A stretch of 64,000 nucleotides of DNA. It comes from Somniosus microcephalus. Its lineage: Eukaryota. The notes beneath the pieces were generated by a model, which did no database searches, was not told where the DNA came from, and was given only the letters and a program-made list of their open reading frames with translations. The stretch is from contig CM126211.1 of the NCBI GenBank assembly GCA_052327205.1, positions 119,350,001 through 119,414,000 on the forward strand, read 5' to 3'. Both the position numbers and the translations under genes were made by a program. Positions 1 through 13,615 of the stretch are shown piece after piece (position 1 is the first letter of the stretch; each line of letters begins with the position of its first letter).

Positions 1-817
1 GGACAACATGGATCACTTTCCATACCTTGCGAGCCTACTGTCAACAAGGACAGACGTCGATGATGAAGTCCAACACCGCCTTCAGTGTGCCAGTGCAGCC
101 TTCGGTCTCCTGAGGAAGGGAGTGTTTGAAGACCAGGACCTCAGACCCAGCACTAAGCTCATGGTCTACAGAGCAGCAGTGATACCCGCCCTGCTGTATG
201 CCTCAGAGACATGGACCATGTACAGCAGGCACCTAAAAGCACTGGAGAGGTACCACCAACGCTGCCTCTGCAAGATCCTGCAAATCCAATGGCAGGATAG
301 GCGCACCAACATCAGTGTTCTCGCGCAGGCCAACATCCCCAACATCGAAGCTTTGACCACGCTCGATCAGCTCCAATGGACAGGTCACATCATCCACATG
401 CCCGATACGAGACTCCCAAAACAAGCGCTCTACTCGGAGCTCCGACACGGCAAGAGAGCCCCAGGTGGGCAGAGGAAATGCTTCAAGGACACCCGCAAAG
501 CCTCCTTGAAAAAGTGCAACATCCCCACTGACACTTGGGAATCCCTGGCCCAAGACCACACAAAGTGGAGGAGAAGCATCCGGGAAGGCGCCGAACACCT
601 CGAGTCTCTTCGCCAGGAGCAAGCAGAAGCCAAGTGCAAGCAGCGCAAGGAGCGCACGTCAACCCAAGCACCCTAACCACCTGCCCCTTCAACCACCATC
701 TGCCCCACCTGTGACAGAGACTGTAGGTCCTGCACTGGACTCACCAGTCACCTGAGAACTCATTTTTAATGTGGAAGCAAGTCATCCTCGGTTCCGAGCC
801 ACTGCCTAAGAAGAAGG
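1..817 (+). mobile_element. RTE-clade LINE, 3' portion (RT C-terminal region, C2H2 finger, AAG tail)
   Basis: ORF 8-676 has RTE-type motifs (HFPYL, LLYASETW). After a premature stop the frame continues to CPTCDRDC..HLRTH and ends GCCTAAGAAGAAG. Same family as 43768-44555 and 51837-53128. Confidence 0.9.
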
Positions 818-997
818 AGGCTTGTGGCCAACTGCCCCATAGTACAGCTTGAAATGAGATGGAGGAAGATTTAAGGGAACAGCTGACCTTACTGCCATTA
901 AGAATGCCTGCCCTACAGTGAATGTTAACTAGAGGTTATCTATGAGCATGCTTGTAGCACAGCATTATCAAGGCCTCTCTTGGGAATCAGAGCTTCT

Positions 998-2093
998 GGC
1001 CTAAAAATTCATTTTTCTGGCGCTAAACCGCCTCCTAAGCAACGTTCCCGTTAAGCTGCACAGCTGCACGGCTATCTAGAGATCCCGTGCAGACCGATCA
1101 TCGGCTTTTCAATGGGACGTTTCGCGCATGCGCAGAATTTTGAATGGGCCATTAAAGAGATCGCGCACCCAAAAAAAATTAGGAGGAACATTGCTCCAAA
1201 GCCTCCAATATGGTGGACAGGAAGTGCACGCACATTTCCGGCGTGTGTCGCCCTACCATTATATAAGGTAGATGGGCTCGTGGCAGGAGCACGTCAAGAA
1301 CATTTTAACGGCAGAATAATTTACACACATTGGCCCAGAACTTGGTGTCGGGGGCTTGCCGCGCGTGCAAGCCCCCGATGTGCGCTCACCCTGCGCGCCG
1401 ACATCTGAAACCTGGCCCGCAGTGGATTTCCTTTCAGTGGCCCGGTTCTGATGTCGGCACGCTGTGCTAACCTGACCCAGCGGCGTAGTTAGTGTGATGT
1501 GCCGGCTGGGATCAGGTGAGCACTGTTCAGCCAATCAGGGGAGGGGAAACTTCATTCATAAGTTTGAGAGTAAGAACTGTCAAACTCATGAGAAGTACTG
1601 CACCCCAAAACACTACTTAAACTTTAAATAAAATTTTAAAAAACATCCCAATCATTAAATTAAGTATAAATAAGTTTAAAAAAATAATTTAAACAATAAT
1701 TTTTTTTTTGAAAAAAATAAATTTTTAATAAAAAGGGCCTAAAACTAAACTTACCTTATTGTAGATTCTTTAAAATAATAAACCTGTGAAAAAAAAATTC
1801 TAAATTGCACTAAAACACCACTTACCTGTAAAAATAAATACTTACGTGTGCTTTTTACAAGCGTAAAGACCGGAGGCCTTTACACATGCGCAAATCCCCC
1901 AAAACAGAGGAAATCCAAGACGCACGCGCTGCCCCCTACAGCGCACGCGCTAGCCTCTTCAACTCTTGGGTGAGAGGAGAGGAAATGCCGGTTTTCAGCG
2001 CATGCGTTGTGCATGCTGAAAACCGGCATTTCCTCCGGCCAGACGCGTGAGTATCCCTTCTGTACTCACGCGTTTGGGGAGGAATTTCTGCCA
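998..2093. mobile_element. Non-autonomous Harbinger-like MITE with AT-rich core and internal hairpins
   Basis: Ends GGCCTAAAAATTC ... GAATTTCTGCC resemble the TIR of the intact Harbinger at 27474. Subterminal GGCGCTAA motif; no ORF. Confidence 0.6.
1040..1193. mobile_element. Short hAT-like MITE nested in the MITE above
   Basis: TIR CAACGTTCCC / GGAACATTG, flanked by a near-identical 8-bp TSD (CTCCTAAG / CTCCAAAG). A related end occurs at about 27117. Confidence 0.65.
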
Positions 2094-2269
2094 CATTAGG
2101 GCCCTGTGCATCTTAAAGGACCCGTTTCAGATTTTTGAATGCCCCAGACCATCACTCGCCACATGCTGAACTCGCACAGCATAACGCAGCAGGAAGGCCC
2201 CCATATTTTCCTCAATATGGAACCAGGAGTAGGAGAGCTCCTCCCGACCCCACATTAAAAGATGCGGGC

Positions 2270-3850
2270 TGCTTCACTTCACACTTCTCTGCGTTAAATT
2301 TCATCTGCCATGTGTCTTCCCATCTCACCAGTCTGTCTGTCCTCCTGAAGTCTGTTATGATCCTCCTCATTGTTTACTACATTTCCAAGTTTCGCGTCAT
2401 CTGCAACCTGTGAAACTCTGCCCTGTATACCTAAGTCCAGGTCATTATTATATATCAAAAGAGCAGTGGTCCTAATACCGAGCCCTGGGGGACACCACTG
2501 TATACTTCCCTCCAGTCTAAAAAATAACCATTCACCACTAACTCTCTGCTTTCTGTCCCTTCGATAATTTTGTATCTCTGCTGCCACTGCCCCTTTAAAC
2601 TCATGGGCCTAGAAATTCGCTGGGCTGCGCCACCAGTTAGCGCCTAAAGAGGGCACTCAGTGGCTTTAGCGCCACTGGCCGTGTCTCCCGCGATATTTAG
2701 CTGGGGCGCTAATGGCAGCATTAACCTGTTGCGCTGCACCGCCTCCGATGATGTCATCAGTGTGCGCAGCGCCCCGCTACCACCCCGATCTCGATATTTG
2801 GCAGCGACCGCCTCTGTAGCGCCGTTCGCAAATGGCGCCGGGTTCACGGGGCCTACCTGTGGCGGCAGTGGCACAAATTAAGGTGGAGGTGTGGGGTGGC
2901 CATTTTTTTCAGCGGCCGCCTGCCAGCACCTCCGTCCCCGGCCTCCTGATCGCCCCCCGTGGCATTGCCAGCTGTTTTCCAAGAGCCCGGCACTTCTCCT
3001 CGGTGCCGGGCTCCTTTGCCGGCACTCGCGATCTCTGATTGCGCTGGTGCAGGCCCCTCCCCCTTAGGAATGGGAGGAAGGCCTGCAGTACCGCAGCGCG
3101 CCGTGCCGCAGTGTGTGGTGCTGTGGCAGGTTGCGCTGCGATATTCAGTTTCAGCGCCCTAAGAGGGACGCGGAGCGCCTCGAGCCTCGCCCCATGTCCC
3201 TCTTGGGGCGCTCAAGCTGAATTTCCGGCGGTCGCTACTGCTCCAAACGCTGCGCTAAATCCGGCGCCCAGGCGAGCTTGGCGCCCCGTTTGCAGCTCCA
3301 CCCAATTTCTCCCCCATGGACTTTAACTTTGCTAACAAGTCCATTATGTGGTACTTTGTCAAACGCCTTTTGAAAGTCCATATACACATCAACCGCACTA
3401 TCCTCATCAACCCTCTCCGTTACTTCATCAAAGAACTCAATCAAGTTAGTCAAACAAGATTTGCCTTTAACAAATCCATGCTGACTTTCATTTATTAGCC
3501 CATACTTTTCCAAATGCCAATTAATTTTGTCCTGAATTATTGTCTCTAAAAGTTTCCCCACCACCAACGTTAGGCTGACTGGTCTGTAGTTGCTGGGGTA
3601 ATCCCAATCCCATTTTTTAAACAGAGGTGTAACATATGCAATCCTTCAGTTCTCTGGCACCACCCCCATACCCAAGGAGGATTTGAAGATTGTGGCTGGA
3701 GTCTCTGCAATTTCTACCCTTACTTCCTTCAGTAACATAGGGTACATCCTATCCAGATCAGGTGACTTTTCTACTTTGAGGACTGCAAATCCTTTAAGTA
3801 CCTCCTCTTTATCTATCGTGGTCATTTTTATCTCCTGGAAGTTGCTTTTT
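2270..3850 (-). mobile_element. Degenerate CR1 LINE RT fragment split by a MITE
   Basis: Minus-strand peptides SQHGFVKGKSCLTNLIEFF, YMDFQKAFDKVPH and KSPDLDRMYP. Confidence 0.9.
2606..3315. mobile_element. Harbinger-type MITE
   Basis: Ends GGCCTAGAAATT / AATTTCTCCCCC with a 3-bp TSD (ATG). GC-rich with repeated TAGCGCC/GGCGCTA; interrupts a CR1 fragment. Confidence 0.75.
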
Positions 3851-4589
3851 ATTACCTTCTTTATGGGGGCGGGGGTGCAAAGTGAAATATCCCAGAATAA
3901 ATTGTCCCTGAATTGACCTAGGATTTTCTTTTGCCTCTTCCAGGAGACTACATGGTGGGGGACATTGGGCAACATGTTGCCTAGTTGCAGTCAATGAAAC
4001 AGCTGGTCTTTTACAAAAAGGAAACAGATTTTGCATGTGGGTGCAAAGCATCTCGACATCCCTTCATTCGATCTTCTTTTCTTGATCCAACAAGCACAAA
4101 TCTATGGAGTTACCCATGGGGAACATTGTTGTCATCAATTATATATTAAAAACAGTGAGTTGTCTCAACATTCCAACAGTATTTGCACCCATATGTGGTG
4201 CTATGAGCTTAACGTTATGTGACATATCATCTAAAACAAAAATATAGAAACCTATCTTGGGAACCATGCAGGTGGAAGAATCAGCTTTAGAAAAACTCAA
4301 GGATAATGTACAACTCAGCCTGAAAGTGGAAAAAGGATCATCAAACTGCACAAACTGGAACTCAGAATGAAGCCATGCACCAATCAGAAAACCACCCAAA
4401 CCTGTTCATTGGAGACTGACTGAAAAAAAGCGGACCATAAAGAATTAATAAAACTCCTGGCCTTCCAAACAAAAGTCAGATAATGACCAACCTTCTTGGC
4501 AAAGGCAGAAATCCTTTGCCACAAGCCCCTACTGAAGCAAAACTCCCCCACCCTCACAGAGCCGACAATCAGTGAAATCTCGTAAATCA

Positions 4590-5157
4590 TTGAAACTGAT
4601 GAAAACTTCGGCTCTTCCGCAGTAAGTACACTGTTAAGTTAAAAGTTAGATTCAAAGAGATTAGGTGTAACTGGGGCTTTAACAGCGTATTGGCTGCTAA
4701 ACAAACATTAAGAGCCTGGAGAACTAATTTTAATTTTGTGCAGTGTGAAATTTGTCCATTTTAATAAAAATTAAAATTTTTAAGCAGCTTTTCAAGACAT
4801 TTTTAACATTTTTTTTGAAGTTTGTGCACCTTTATTTTAGGTTTGCCTTTTCCCCATGTGGGAACCCCAATCTTTCTTTTGCTCTCTCTAACTATTTTAA
4901 AAAGTTAGAATTTTAAGGGCTTACCTACTTCCTTGATCACTCTCTGCGAGAATTCTGCCTTTTGATTGGCTGCTTAGACAGCCTCTTGACGTCATAACAG
5001 TTCATAAAAGGGAATACCCATTAACTTCCGTTGAACTGAATTCAAGGTCGAAAACCCAAAGTTCTCGACACAGGGATTGCGAGATCCCTGTGTGGATTGT
5101 ACTTCAGAGCCAGAAGCTAACGCCTTTGCTTTGCTGCTGGCCACAAATTCCGGGCCA
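4590..5157. mobile_element. Partial non-autonomous DNA transposon (same family as 42014-49533)
   Basis: Shares GAAACTGATGAAAACTT, TTAGGTGTAACTGGGG, AACAGCGTATTGGCTGCTAAACA and the ..CAAATTCC.GCC end with the 42 kb element. Confidence 0.7.
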
Positions 5158-6896
5158 ATATTCAGCTGTGCGTCTGGCAAGCCTGGAAACTTTTTAAATA
5201 TGAATATGAATCGATGATATGCAGGCAGGAATATCAGACAATTATGTGCAAGTTTAAATAACATCTTTGAGTCTTCCTTAACATACACCGGTTGAATCGA
5301 CAGCTGGAAATGTGTATCATCTGTTAAATGAGTGAAGGCCTACTTTCCGATTGCATTTACCCTATTTGGTGTCCCAACTTGTGATCAATACCATGTGCAA
5401 TTTGTAAGTACTGTATGTATTTAAATTAGTAAATGTTCCAAGACAGACCTCCAAGATTCCCCACTCACAACCTCTTTCCAAATTACTTTTGCATTTAAAG
5501 ACACAGCTCTCATGTATTATTCACTTTGCCATAATGATGTTTATTTAAGCAAGTGAAATGCTACATGTGATGTAACTAAATCATATCAGCAGGCAATAAG
5601 GTATTCATTTACTTCATCAATATCATGTCTTGTGGCTGTAAGTTTCAAGAAATCCTGCTGATGAAACTGCAATTCAAGAAAACAATTTTTTCAAGTTATT
5701 AGTTTTTTAGTCTGGCAAGTAATAAATGGTTGTTAAAGCTGAATACTTAACATACATTACTCATAGTACCTTCTCTTGTTTCTTTTGTCCTAGTGTACTG
5801 GGTGTTATAATAATGGACTCTCACGCTGTTAATAGACTAAAAAATAGAAAAGTTATTAAATTATGTCAGATTTTGTCATGCAATCTGTATCTGTTACCAA
5901 ATTCTGTGCAATTCAAAATAATGTACAGTATGCTTGACTTAGATAGAATATACTAACAGCTTTTTTCCTAAAAATACCACAGATTTCATTAATGTTATTA
6001 ATGCTATTAAAATTAATTCTATTCTACATTACATTAAATTGTTCAAAGAAAGTTTACGATGCATACACTGCATAATATGGTACAAGTAATTACTAAACCG
6101 ACTTTTGGATGAGATGTAAAACTGAGATGTACCCAGAGATTTTATCTGAGACCTTTCTTATCTGTAAGGCTCAAAAATACAATATTGGTGCATACTGGGG
6201 GTATTCTTATCATGAAAATACTCTACAGGAGAAGAAAGAAATTTAGAGTGAATGCTTTAGAAACTGAAAAAAAATATATAGAATTGGTGTACTAATGAAA
6301 CATCGAGTGGATGATTTCGAATGTAAAACATGGAGTTAGTGTACTGATAAAGAATAGTTAATACCTTAGAATGTGAAAACTAACACTGGAACATAGAACT
6401 GTTGTATTAATAAGGTAATAATACTGGAGACATAGGCTGCAATTTTGCCGGTGACTCAGAGGGCGGGTTCGGAGGCGGTCCGCTGTCAAAATCGAAATGA
6501 TTGACAGCTGTTTGGGAGCCTGCACCGAACCCGCCTCCATGTAAGTTTCCAAAGTGTTGGGTCTGCGATTTCAGAACAGACCTGACACCAAGCAGCGGGG
6601 GAGGCATTTAAGTGCTTGTTAATGACTATTTTGGCAGCCTATTTTACCATATTTTTAACGGGGTTCACATCGTTCGGAGATCACGCCAGGTAAGTATGTC
6701 GGGAGTTCCATCGAGCTGAATAGTTCACAGCTGCAACTGCAGTATAAAAGTTAGCCTTTCACATCTGTTCACTTTCCAATGTCAGAAGTTGCTGATTTCA
6801 GGATTTGGAAGACACATTTGATCTTTATTGAGGCTGTAAGTGTGTGCTGTAAACTTTATCCACTGTCACCTCCTTGGAATAACCTCTCTCCATTGA

Positions 6897-8778
6897 ATGA
6901 TTGCTTCTAACATCTCATCCTCGCCTGCCATATATAACAGCAGAATAGGAACGATTTATACTCTCTCACCTTGGTCCTCAGAATCTGACCACAATCAGCC
7001 GCAGCAGCAGCAGAACCAGGCACACCAGCAGCACCAACAAGAGCGACAACCTTCTCCTCAACCACCTGCTGCTGCACAGGGCAGAGGCCATCAGCACAGG
7101 GCTGCACCTCGCCGCAGGAGATACTCCCAACACAGGGTTTACAGGCAGAGGATGAGCTTCCTCAACATGACTGAGCAGCAGTACCAAAGGAGGCTGAGAC
7201 TCTCATGACAGGTAGTCGCAGACATTTGCACAATGCTCGATCAAGACCTGCAGCCCAGAGGAGCGGGTGGACACTCCTTACCAGTGGTTGTCAAAGTCAC
7301 CACCACCCTCAACTTCTTTGCGTCAGGCTCCTTCCAGGGATCTGCTGCAGACATTAGCGGCATCTCTCAGTTGGCCGCACAAAGATGCATCACGCAGGTC
7401 ACCGATGCCCTCCTTGACAAGCCAATTACATCCACTTTTCCACTGATGAAGCCAGTGTTACCGAGCGTGTGCTTGGCTTTGTCAATCTGGCTGGCTTCCC
7501 ACGGGTGCAGGGCGTCATCAACAGGGGTAAAGGAGTACAGGAGTAAAGAAGTCTTACTCCAATTATATAGGGTCTTGGTGAGACCACACCTGGAGTACTG
7601 TGTACAATTTTGGTCACCTTACCTAAGGAAGGATATATTTGCCATAGAGGGAGTGCAACAGAGGTTCACGAGATTGATCCCTGGAATGGCGGGACTGTCG
7701 TATGAGAAGAGATTGAGTAAACTAGGCCTGTATTCTCTTGAATTCGGAAGAATGAGAGGGGATCTCATTGAAGCATACAAAATTATTACAGGGCTTGATA
7801 GGAAGGATGCTGGGAGAATGTTTCCCTTGGCTGGGGAGCCTAGAACCAGGGGCTACAGCCTCAAGATAAAGGCTAGGCCATTCAGGACTGAGATGAGAAG
7901 AAATTTCTTCACACAGAGGATGGTGAATCTTTGGAATTCTATACCCCAGAGGGCTGTGGAGGCTCAGTCATTGGATATATTCAAAACAGAAGTCGATAGA
8001 TTTCTGACTAGTAAGGGCATCAAGGGATATGGCGATAGGGCCAGTGAATGGAGTTGAGGCAGAAGATCAGCCATGATCTCATTGAATGGCGGAGCAGGCT
8101 CGAAGGGCCGAATAGCCTACTCCTGCTCCTATTTCTTATGTTCGCATGTGGCCATCAGGGCACCCCATCACAACCCAGCAGTATTTGTCAACCGCAAGGG
8201 CTTCCACTTCCATAATGTGCAGCTGGTGTGCAACCATAGGAAGAGCATCATGCATGTGTGCGTCAAGTTCCCTGGCAGCTGCCATGATTCTTACATCCTG
8301 TGCCAGTCCACTGTCCCTCAGCTCTTCGCACCGCCAAACAAACTTTCCGGCTGGCTCCTTGGAGACAAGGGTTATCCCCTGAAGACGTGGCTGATGACAC
8401 CTTTGAGGAGGCCATCAAATGAGTCTGAGGAGCATTATAACCAAACCCACAATTCCACCAGAAGTCTCAGAGCAAACAATAGGGTTGCTCAAAATGCACT
8501 TCAAATGCCTGGACAGATCTGGTGGAGCCCTTCAGTATACACCAGCCAGGGTCTCGAGAATCGTCGTTGTCTGCTGTGCCCTGCACAACACAGCACTGTA
8601 GCGAGGATTAGCGCTGCATGAGGAACAAGGCGCAAAGCACACAGCCTTTTCAGAGGAGCAGAAAAAGGTTCAGCATGAGGAAAACCTGGAGGAGGCAGCT
8701 GAACCAATGCGACCAGCACGCGAGCACATTGCAGCCCATAATGCCAGGGATGGTCTAATCAATGCCAGATTCACCTAA
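6897..8778 (+). pseudogene. Harbinger (HARBI1-like) DDE transposase, disrupted
   Basis: Motifs [39 protein letters not shown] and [19 protein letters not shown]. Has stops, frameshifts and a CR1 insertion. Confidence 0.9.
7523..8141 (+). mobile_element. 5'-truncated CR1 LINE inserted in the transposase
   Basis: [19 protein letters not shown]...KGYG followed by the CR1 3' UTR and TTCTTATGTT tail. Confidence 0.92.
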
Positions 8779-9052
8779 CTTTATGCAGCATGCACATGTG
8801 GCTGCCACATGTGCATGAAGGTTGGAATGACCCCACTTCAACACCATAGAGCATCTCTACAATGAACTGTGCATTCCTTGCACTGTCATCACCGTTGCTG
8901 GACATAAAAGGCACCCTTACCCTTCACTCTGCCACTTCCAATTGTGAGCACACATATGGCATCGAATGCAAACCATCAGAAAAAAGTAATTTATTACAAC
9001 AAAGTAAACGAACAGAAACTTAACATTCATTTATAGCAAATCACCCAAGTGA

Positions 9053-10753
9053 CTAGCCTTGTGACTATTTATGTGGGATCTTTCTTTTACGCATACTTCT
9101 ACGTGGTGCTACCTCTGTGGCTTCAGCAGACGTGGAGGCAGCCTGCTCACTTCCCTGCTGTGCCTGCTTAGATGCCTTTGGTGGTCATCCTCTGGGATTT
9201 GGAACCTGTGAGGGCCCTGCAAAAGTCTGCTCCTCCTGCGGCTGTGCAGGGGCAGACTCGGCCATCACTGTCCGGGGAGGCATCTGGGGCTCTGACCAAG
9301 GGGTTGGCAGGGGGGTGGAAGTTTGACCGCTTGAAGAGGAGCCCCCACTTCCATGTTGCCGCCCACCATCATCCCTAGCATGGGTAACCCGCAATTCTCT
9401 ACCAGCAAGTAGCTGGAGAGCACCTTGCTGCACATCAGTGGGGCCATGAGAACCCATGTCTGTACTGACATTCCTCATAACAAGGACGTCCATAAACCTT
9501 TGGTTTCTCTCCTCAATAGGTGCCCATCTATCCTCCATAGATGTCCATCTTTTTAGAAGTGTTACCATGTTCTACTGAGTCCAGCGATTTATGTCCTTCA
9601 TGGAGGTGGACATCCTTTCCATGGTGGTACCTACATTTGCCAGTGCATGCGCCATGGTGGTGCTCATATTTGAGATGGACTCCTCCATTCTCTGCACACT
9701 CGCAGTCACCGTGGTTACTAACCCTGTACTTGGTCCTGAAGTTCCAGGATCACCCTCTTCCTGGATGGCCCCCGAGGCTCAGCGTCTGCATGCAGCATAG
9801 CAGAGCGAGGAGTCTCCACTGCTGTCCCTGTCTTCATCCATCTGATCTTGCTCACGTTTGACTTGTGATACACCAGGCGACAACACTACTCTATCTTGCA
9901 TAGGGCCCACCGAGGTGTGCGTCTCTGCGCTGGTGCTGGGTGCGCTCATTTCTGCTGATGCTGGATAAATATTGGCCTAGGACATCGGGGAGAACTCCCC
10001 TGCTCTTCATTGAAATAGTACCATGGGATCTTTCACATCCACCTGAGAGAGCAGATGGGGCCCTCTCATATTCTCAAATAATGCAGACTCTTTTGTATAC
10101 GTACATCTCAGCCAATGATGGCGGTCCTCCTCCTGTTCTCTCCCTCTCCCTCTTATTGTGGACTCTCTTTTCCTGCAATGAGGGAAAGAAGAGAAGTTTT
10201 AGTGAGAGTGATGGAATGAGTGTAAAGAATGGATGGGATAGATGTTTAAGAGGGATACTATGATGGAGTGGGGTGCCAATACCAAGTTTCCCCCTTTTGA
10301 GTTGTTAGTTGTCATTGCATAACGATGAGGGTGAGTGTGAGGGGTGCATAGTAAATTGGGGATGTGATTCTGTACATAGGGAGAGAGGGATGGGTGATGG
10401 TGCAAGGAATGTTGGGGTGAGTAAGGATGTGCAGGAGTATGGTTGGCAATGCAGAGTGTTGGGGATGTGATGACAGGCACAGCAGAATGAAGGTAAGTGT
10501 GCTTTTATACTCACTTTTCCTGAATGCAGAAGATCAGTAAACCTCTTCCTAAATTGCACCCAGGTGCGAATAACCACAGACCTTACATTGTCCTCCTTGG
10601 CTATTTGCAGCCAGGCTGCCCTTGTCTGATGAGGAGGTCTCCTCCTTCCATCACAGGGAATAGAACCTCCCTGTGTCCTCTGACTCCCTCCACAAGAACA
10701 TGGAGGGAGTCATCGTTGAATTGTGGCGCAGCCCTTTGTCTCTCTGCAGTCAT
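9053..10753 (-). pseudogene. Harbinger Myb/SANT-like gene, disrupted
   Basis: Exon 1 reads RAAPQFNDDSLHVLVEGV...RTWVQFRKRFTDL with a GTGAGT donor at 10514. Frameshifts and a SINE fragment near 9950-10065. Confidence 0.7.
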
Positions 10754-12664
10754 TTTTCCCACAAGCAGCACTCAGGAGCATGAAATCACAAGTGACAGCA
10801 AATGGGGACATGGCGCCTTTAAATATACCGGCAACAAACGCGTCATCAGATGACCTCACCAGACCTGCACCTTGTAATTGGGCTGGGTAACACGCACGGC
10901 AGGCTTAACAAGCCCAATTAACGTCAAATTATTTTCACAGAGCGGCTGAAGCCAGGAGCGGAACCGGGACCCACCAACTACCTCTCCCGCTGCGATCCCA
11001 CCTCCGCTGGCAAAATCCAGCCCATAGTAACTGCAGGTTCCCAAGGTGGAATGTGAGATTATGGTACTAGAGGGATACAGAATGAGACAGGCTGGTACTG
11101 GAGACCCAGAGGTTCCAAAGGATAGACGCCAACCAGATATCCAAAGAAGGTGCTACGTGGTAAGGTATCTGGTACTCACTGGTACCACATATTGTAGTCA
11201 TCCTCATTAGGTAAGCTATCGATAAGATGTATATCTACTTATTCGTTCTATCTTATATGGATTTGTATTTAATTCTTCCTTTTTGCTGTAATCATGTAAT
11301 GGTTCAATGTACACCAACACCTGAAAGTTTAAAAGGAGAGATTTTTAGCAGCTTCGGTAACTACACACCCAAGAGCTGGCAAGATAGAACAGAATTAAAA
11401 ACACACTGTTTTGATGAAAGGTCATTGACCTGATATGTTGGGCTTGATTTTATTAACAGAGGCGGGTTGAGGGCGGGCCCGCTGCTCGGCAGCTTTCCGA
11501 CCCGCACCCGACTCTGCCTCCCAGCACTTCCTATTTTTGCTTCATTGGCCTCGTTGCAGCCGACGTGCGGGTCCCTCCAGGCAATTGCTTGGAGGATGTC
11601 AGTTTCTCGCATCTGATAACGCGTTGTTTGTTTGAAAATTTAAAGGGGCCATGTCCCCTTTGCAAAAAATGTAATTGGGAGACCATATGACAGAAACTTG
11701 TTTGAGAGTAGGTGCCAGATCATGTCAAAGACTTTAGAGATGTTTAAGGCAATGACTTACCAAAATGTTCAAGAAGAGTTCCAGAGGTGCATAATAAAGA
11801 CAAGAGGAATGGCAACTGCAAGAACTGGACTGGTCTGAGCTTTCAACGTGATAGATAATTTGAGAACTGAAACCTCCATAACTTTAGAAAAGCAAGAGCA
11901 ATCAGTAGTTGGAAGGGTTGTAGGGATCAGTAAACTCTACTGATTCAGGATTAATTGTTTAACCTGGCTAACCTAACAAATATATGGAAGAGAATAGAGA
12001 CGCAGGTTTTGCTTCCCGAGAAAGTAGATCTGCATAAGGAAACCAGTCTAACTGTGAACATGAGAAAGATGTTTGGAAAATGGTAGGACATAACAGGGAC
12101 ATCAGAGTGAATATAAGTACAATGATTTCCTTTTGAAGTAGAAAGTGTAAGAAAGAAATTGGAAGGAGGACATAAAATTCAGTCAGAAACAATCAAAGGC
12201 TACATTACTGGAGATGGATTAAAATTAAAGGAGATGTTGTGAATGCAGGATAATAAGAAATAAGAGCAGGTGCAGGCCATATGGCCCCTCGAGCCTGCAC
12301 TGCCATTCAATAAGATCATGGCTGATCATCGACCTCAACTCCACTTTCCCGCCCGATCTCCATATCCTTTGATTCCCCTAGAGTCCAAAAATCTATCTCT
12401 CTCATCCTTGAATATACTCAAAGACTCAGCATTCACAGCCCTCTGGGTCAGAGAATTCCAAAGATTCACAACTCTCTGAGTGAAGAAATTCTTCATCTCA
12501 GTCTTGGAAATAGCCTACCCCTTATCCTGAGACAACCTCTGTGGTTTATAGTTGCTAAGGTCTTTTCTGGTGTAGCGGGGACTGTTGGTAAACCATACAA
12601 GCGCCTTAGAGTTTATCTTTCATTGGTGATAGTGAATTAATTTAAATTAATTAAAGGGTAAGTC

Positions 12665-13615
12665 ATGTCAGGACAGCCCAGCCCCGTGTTATGCTCCTCT
12701 TGCTCTATGTGGGAATTCAGGGACGCTGCCTGTGTCCCTGACGACCATGTGTTCCAGAAATGCATCCAGCTGCAGCTACTAGCGGACTGCATTGCGGTGC
12801 TGGAGCTGCGGATGGATGGGCTTTGGAGCATTCACGATGCTGAGAGGGTCGTGGATAACACGTTTAGTGAGGTGGTCACACCGCAGGTAAGGGCTGCACA
12901 GGCAGAAGGGAAATGGGTGACCATCAGGCAGAGCAGTAGAGGCAGGCAGGTAGTGCAGGGGACCCCTGTGGCCATCCCCCTCTCAAACAGGTATACCAAT
13001 TTGGATACTGTTGAGGGGGATGACTTACCAGAGGAAGGCAGCAGCAGCCAACTTCCTGGCACCAGGGGTGCTTCTGCTGCTCAGGAAGGGAGGAAAAAGA
13101 GTGCGAGAGTAATAGTGGTAGGGGATTCTATCGTAAGGGGAACAGATAGGCGTTTCTGTGGCCATAGACATGACTCCAGGATGGTTTGTTGCCTCCCTGG
13201 TGCCAGGGTCAAGGATGTCACTGAATGGCTGCAGGGCATTCTGAAGGGGGAGGGTGAACAGTCAGAGGTCGTGGTTCACATTGGGACCAATGACATGGGT
13301 AGGAAGAGGGATGAGGTCCTGCAGCAAGAATTTAGGGAGCTAGGTAGCAGATTAAAGAGCAGGACCTCAAAGGTTGTAATCACTGGATTACTCCCGGTGC
13401 CACGTGCTAGTGAATATAGGAATAGGAGGATAGAGCAGATGAATGCGTGGCTAAAGAGTTGGTGCAGGAGGGAGGGCTTTAGTTTCCTGGATCACTGGGC
13501 CTGCTTCTGGGGAAGGTGGGACTTGTACAAGTCGTACGGTTTGCACCTGAACCAGAGCGGGACAAATATCCTTGTGGGGAGGTTTGCTAGCACTGTTCGG
13601 GGGGGTTTAAACTAA
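12665..13615 (+). CDS. CR1 ORF1p (N-terminal Cys finger, coiled coil, SGNH/GDSL esterase-like domain)
   Basis: Open 316 aa; CSSC..KC, VVGDSIVRG, HIGTND and GLHLN motifs. Confidence 0.9.
   Translation: MSGQPSPVLCSSCSMWEFRDAACVPDDHVFQKCIQLQLLADCIAVLELRMDGLWSIHDAERVVDNTFSEVVTPQVRAAQAEGKWVTIRQSSRGRQVVQGTPVAIPLSNRYTNLDTVEGDDLPEEGSSSQLPGTRGASAAQEGRKKSARVIVVGDSIVRGTDRRFCGHRHDSRMVCCLPGARVKDVTEWLQGILKGEGEQSEVVVHIGTNDMGRKRDEVLQQEFRELGSRLKSRTSKVVITGLLPVPRASEYRNRRIEQMNAWLKSWCRREGFSFLDHWACFWGRWDLYKSYGLHLNQSGTNILVGRFASTVRGGLN

Larger units (their letters stand above)
6435..11023. mobile_element. Decayed autonomous PIF/Harbinger transposon (convergent transposase and Myb genes)
   Basis: Imperfect TIRs GGCTGCAATTTTGCC / GGCAAAATCCAGCCC. 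Transposase remnant on +, Myb/SANT remnant on -. Confidence 0.8.

Noticed and set aside
3900-6400. Possible plus-strand host exons (acceptors near 3942, 5793, 6228)
   Set aside because: Short frames with stops and no consistent phase chain.
7233-8057. Harbinger-CR1 fusion protein
   Set aside because: Chance fusion through a frameshifted segment; lacks both catalytic cores.
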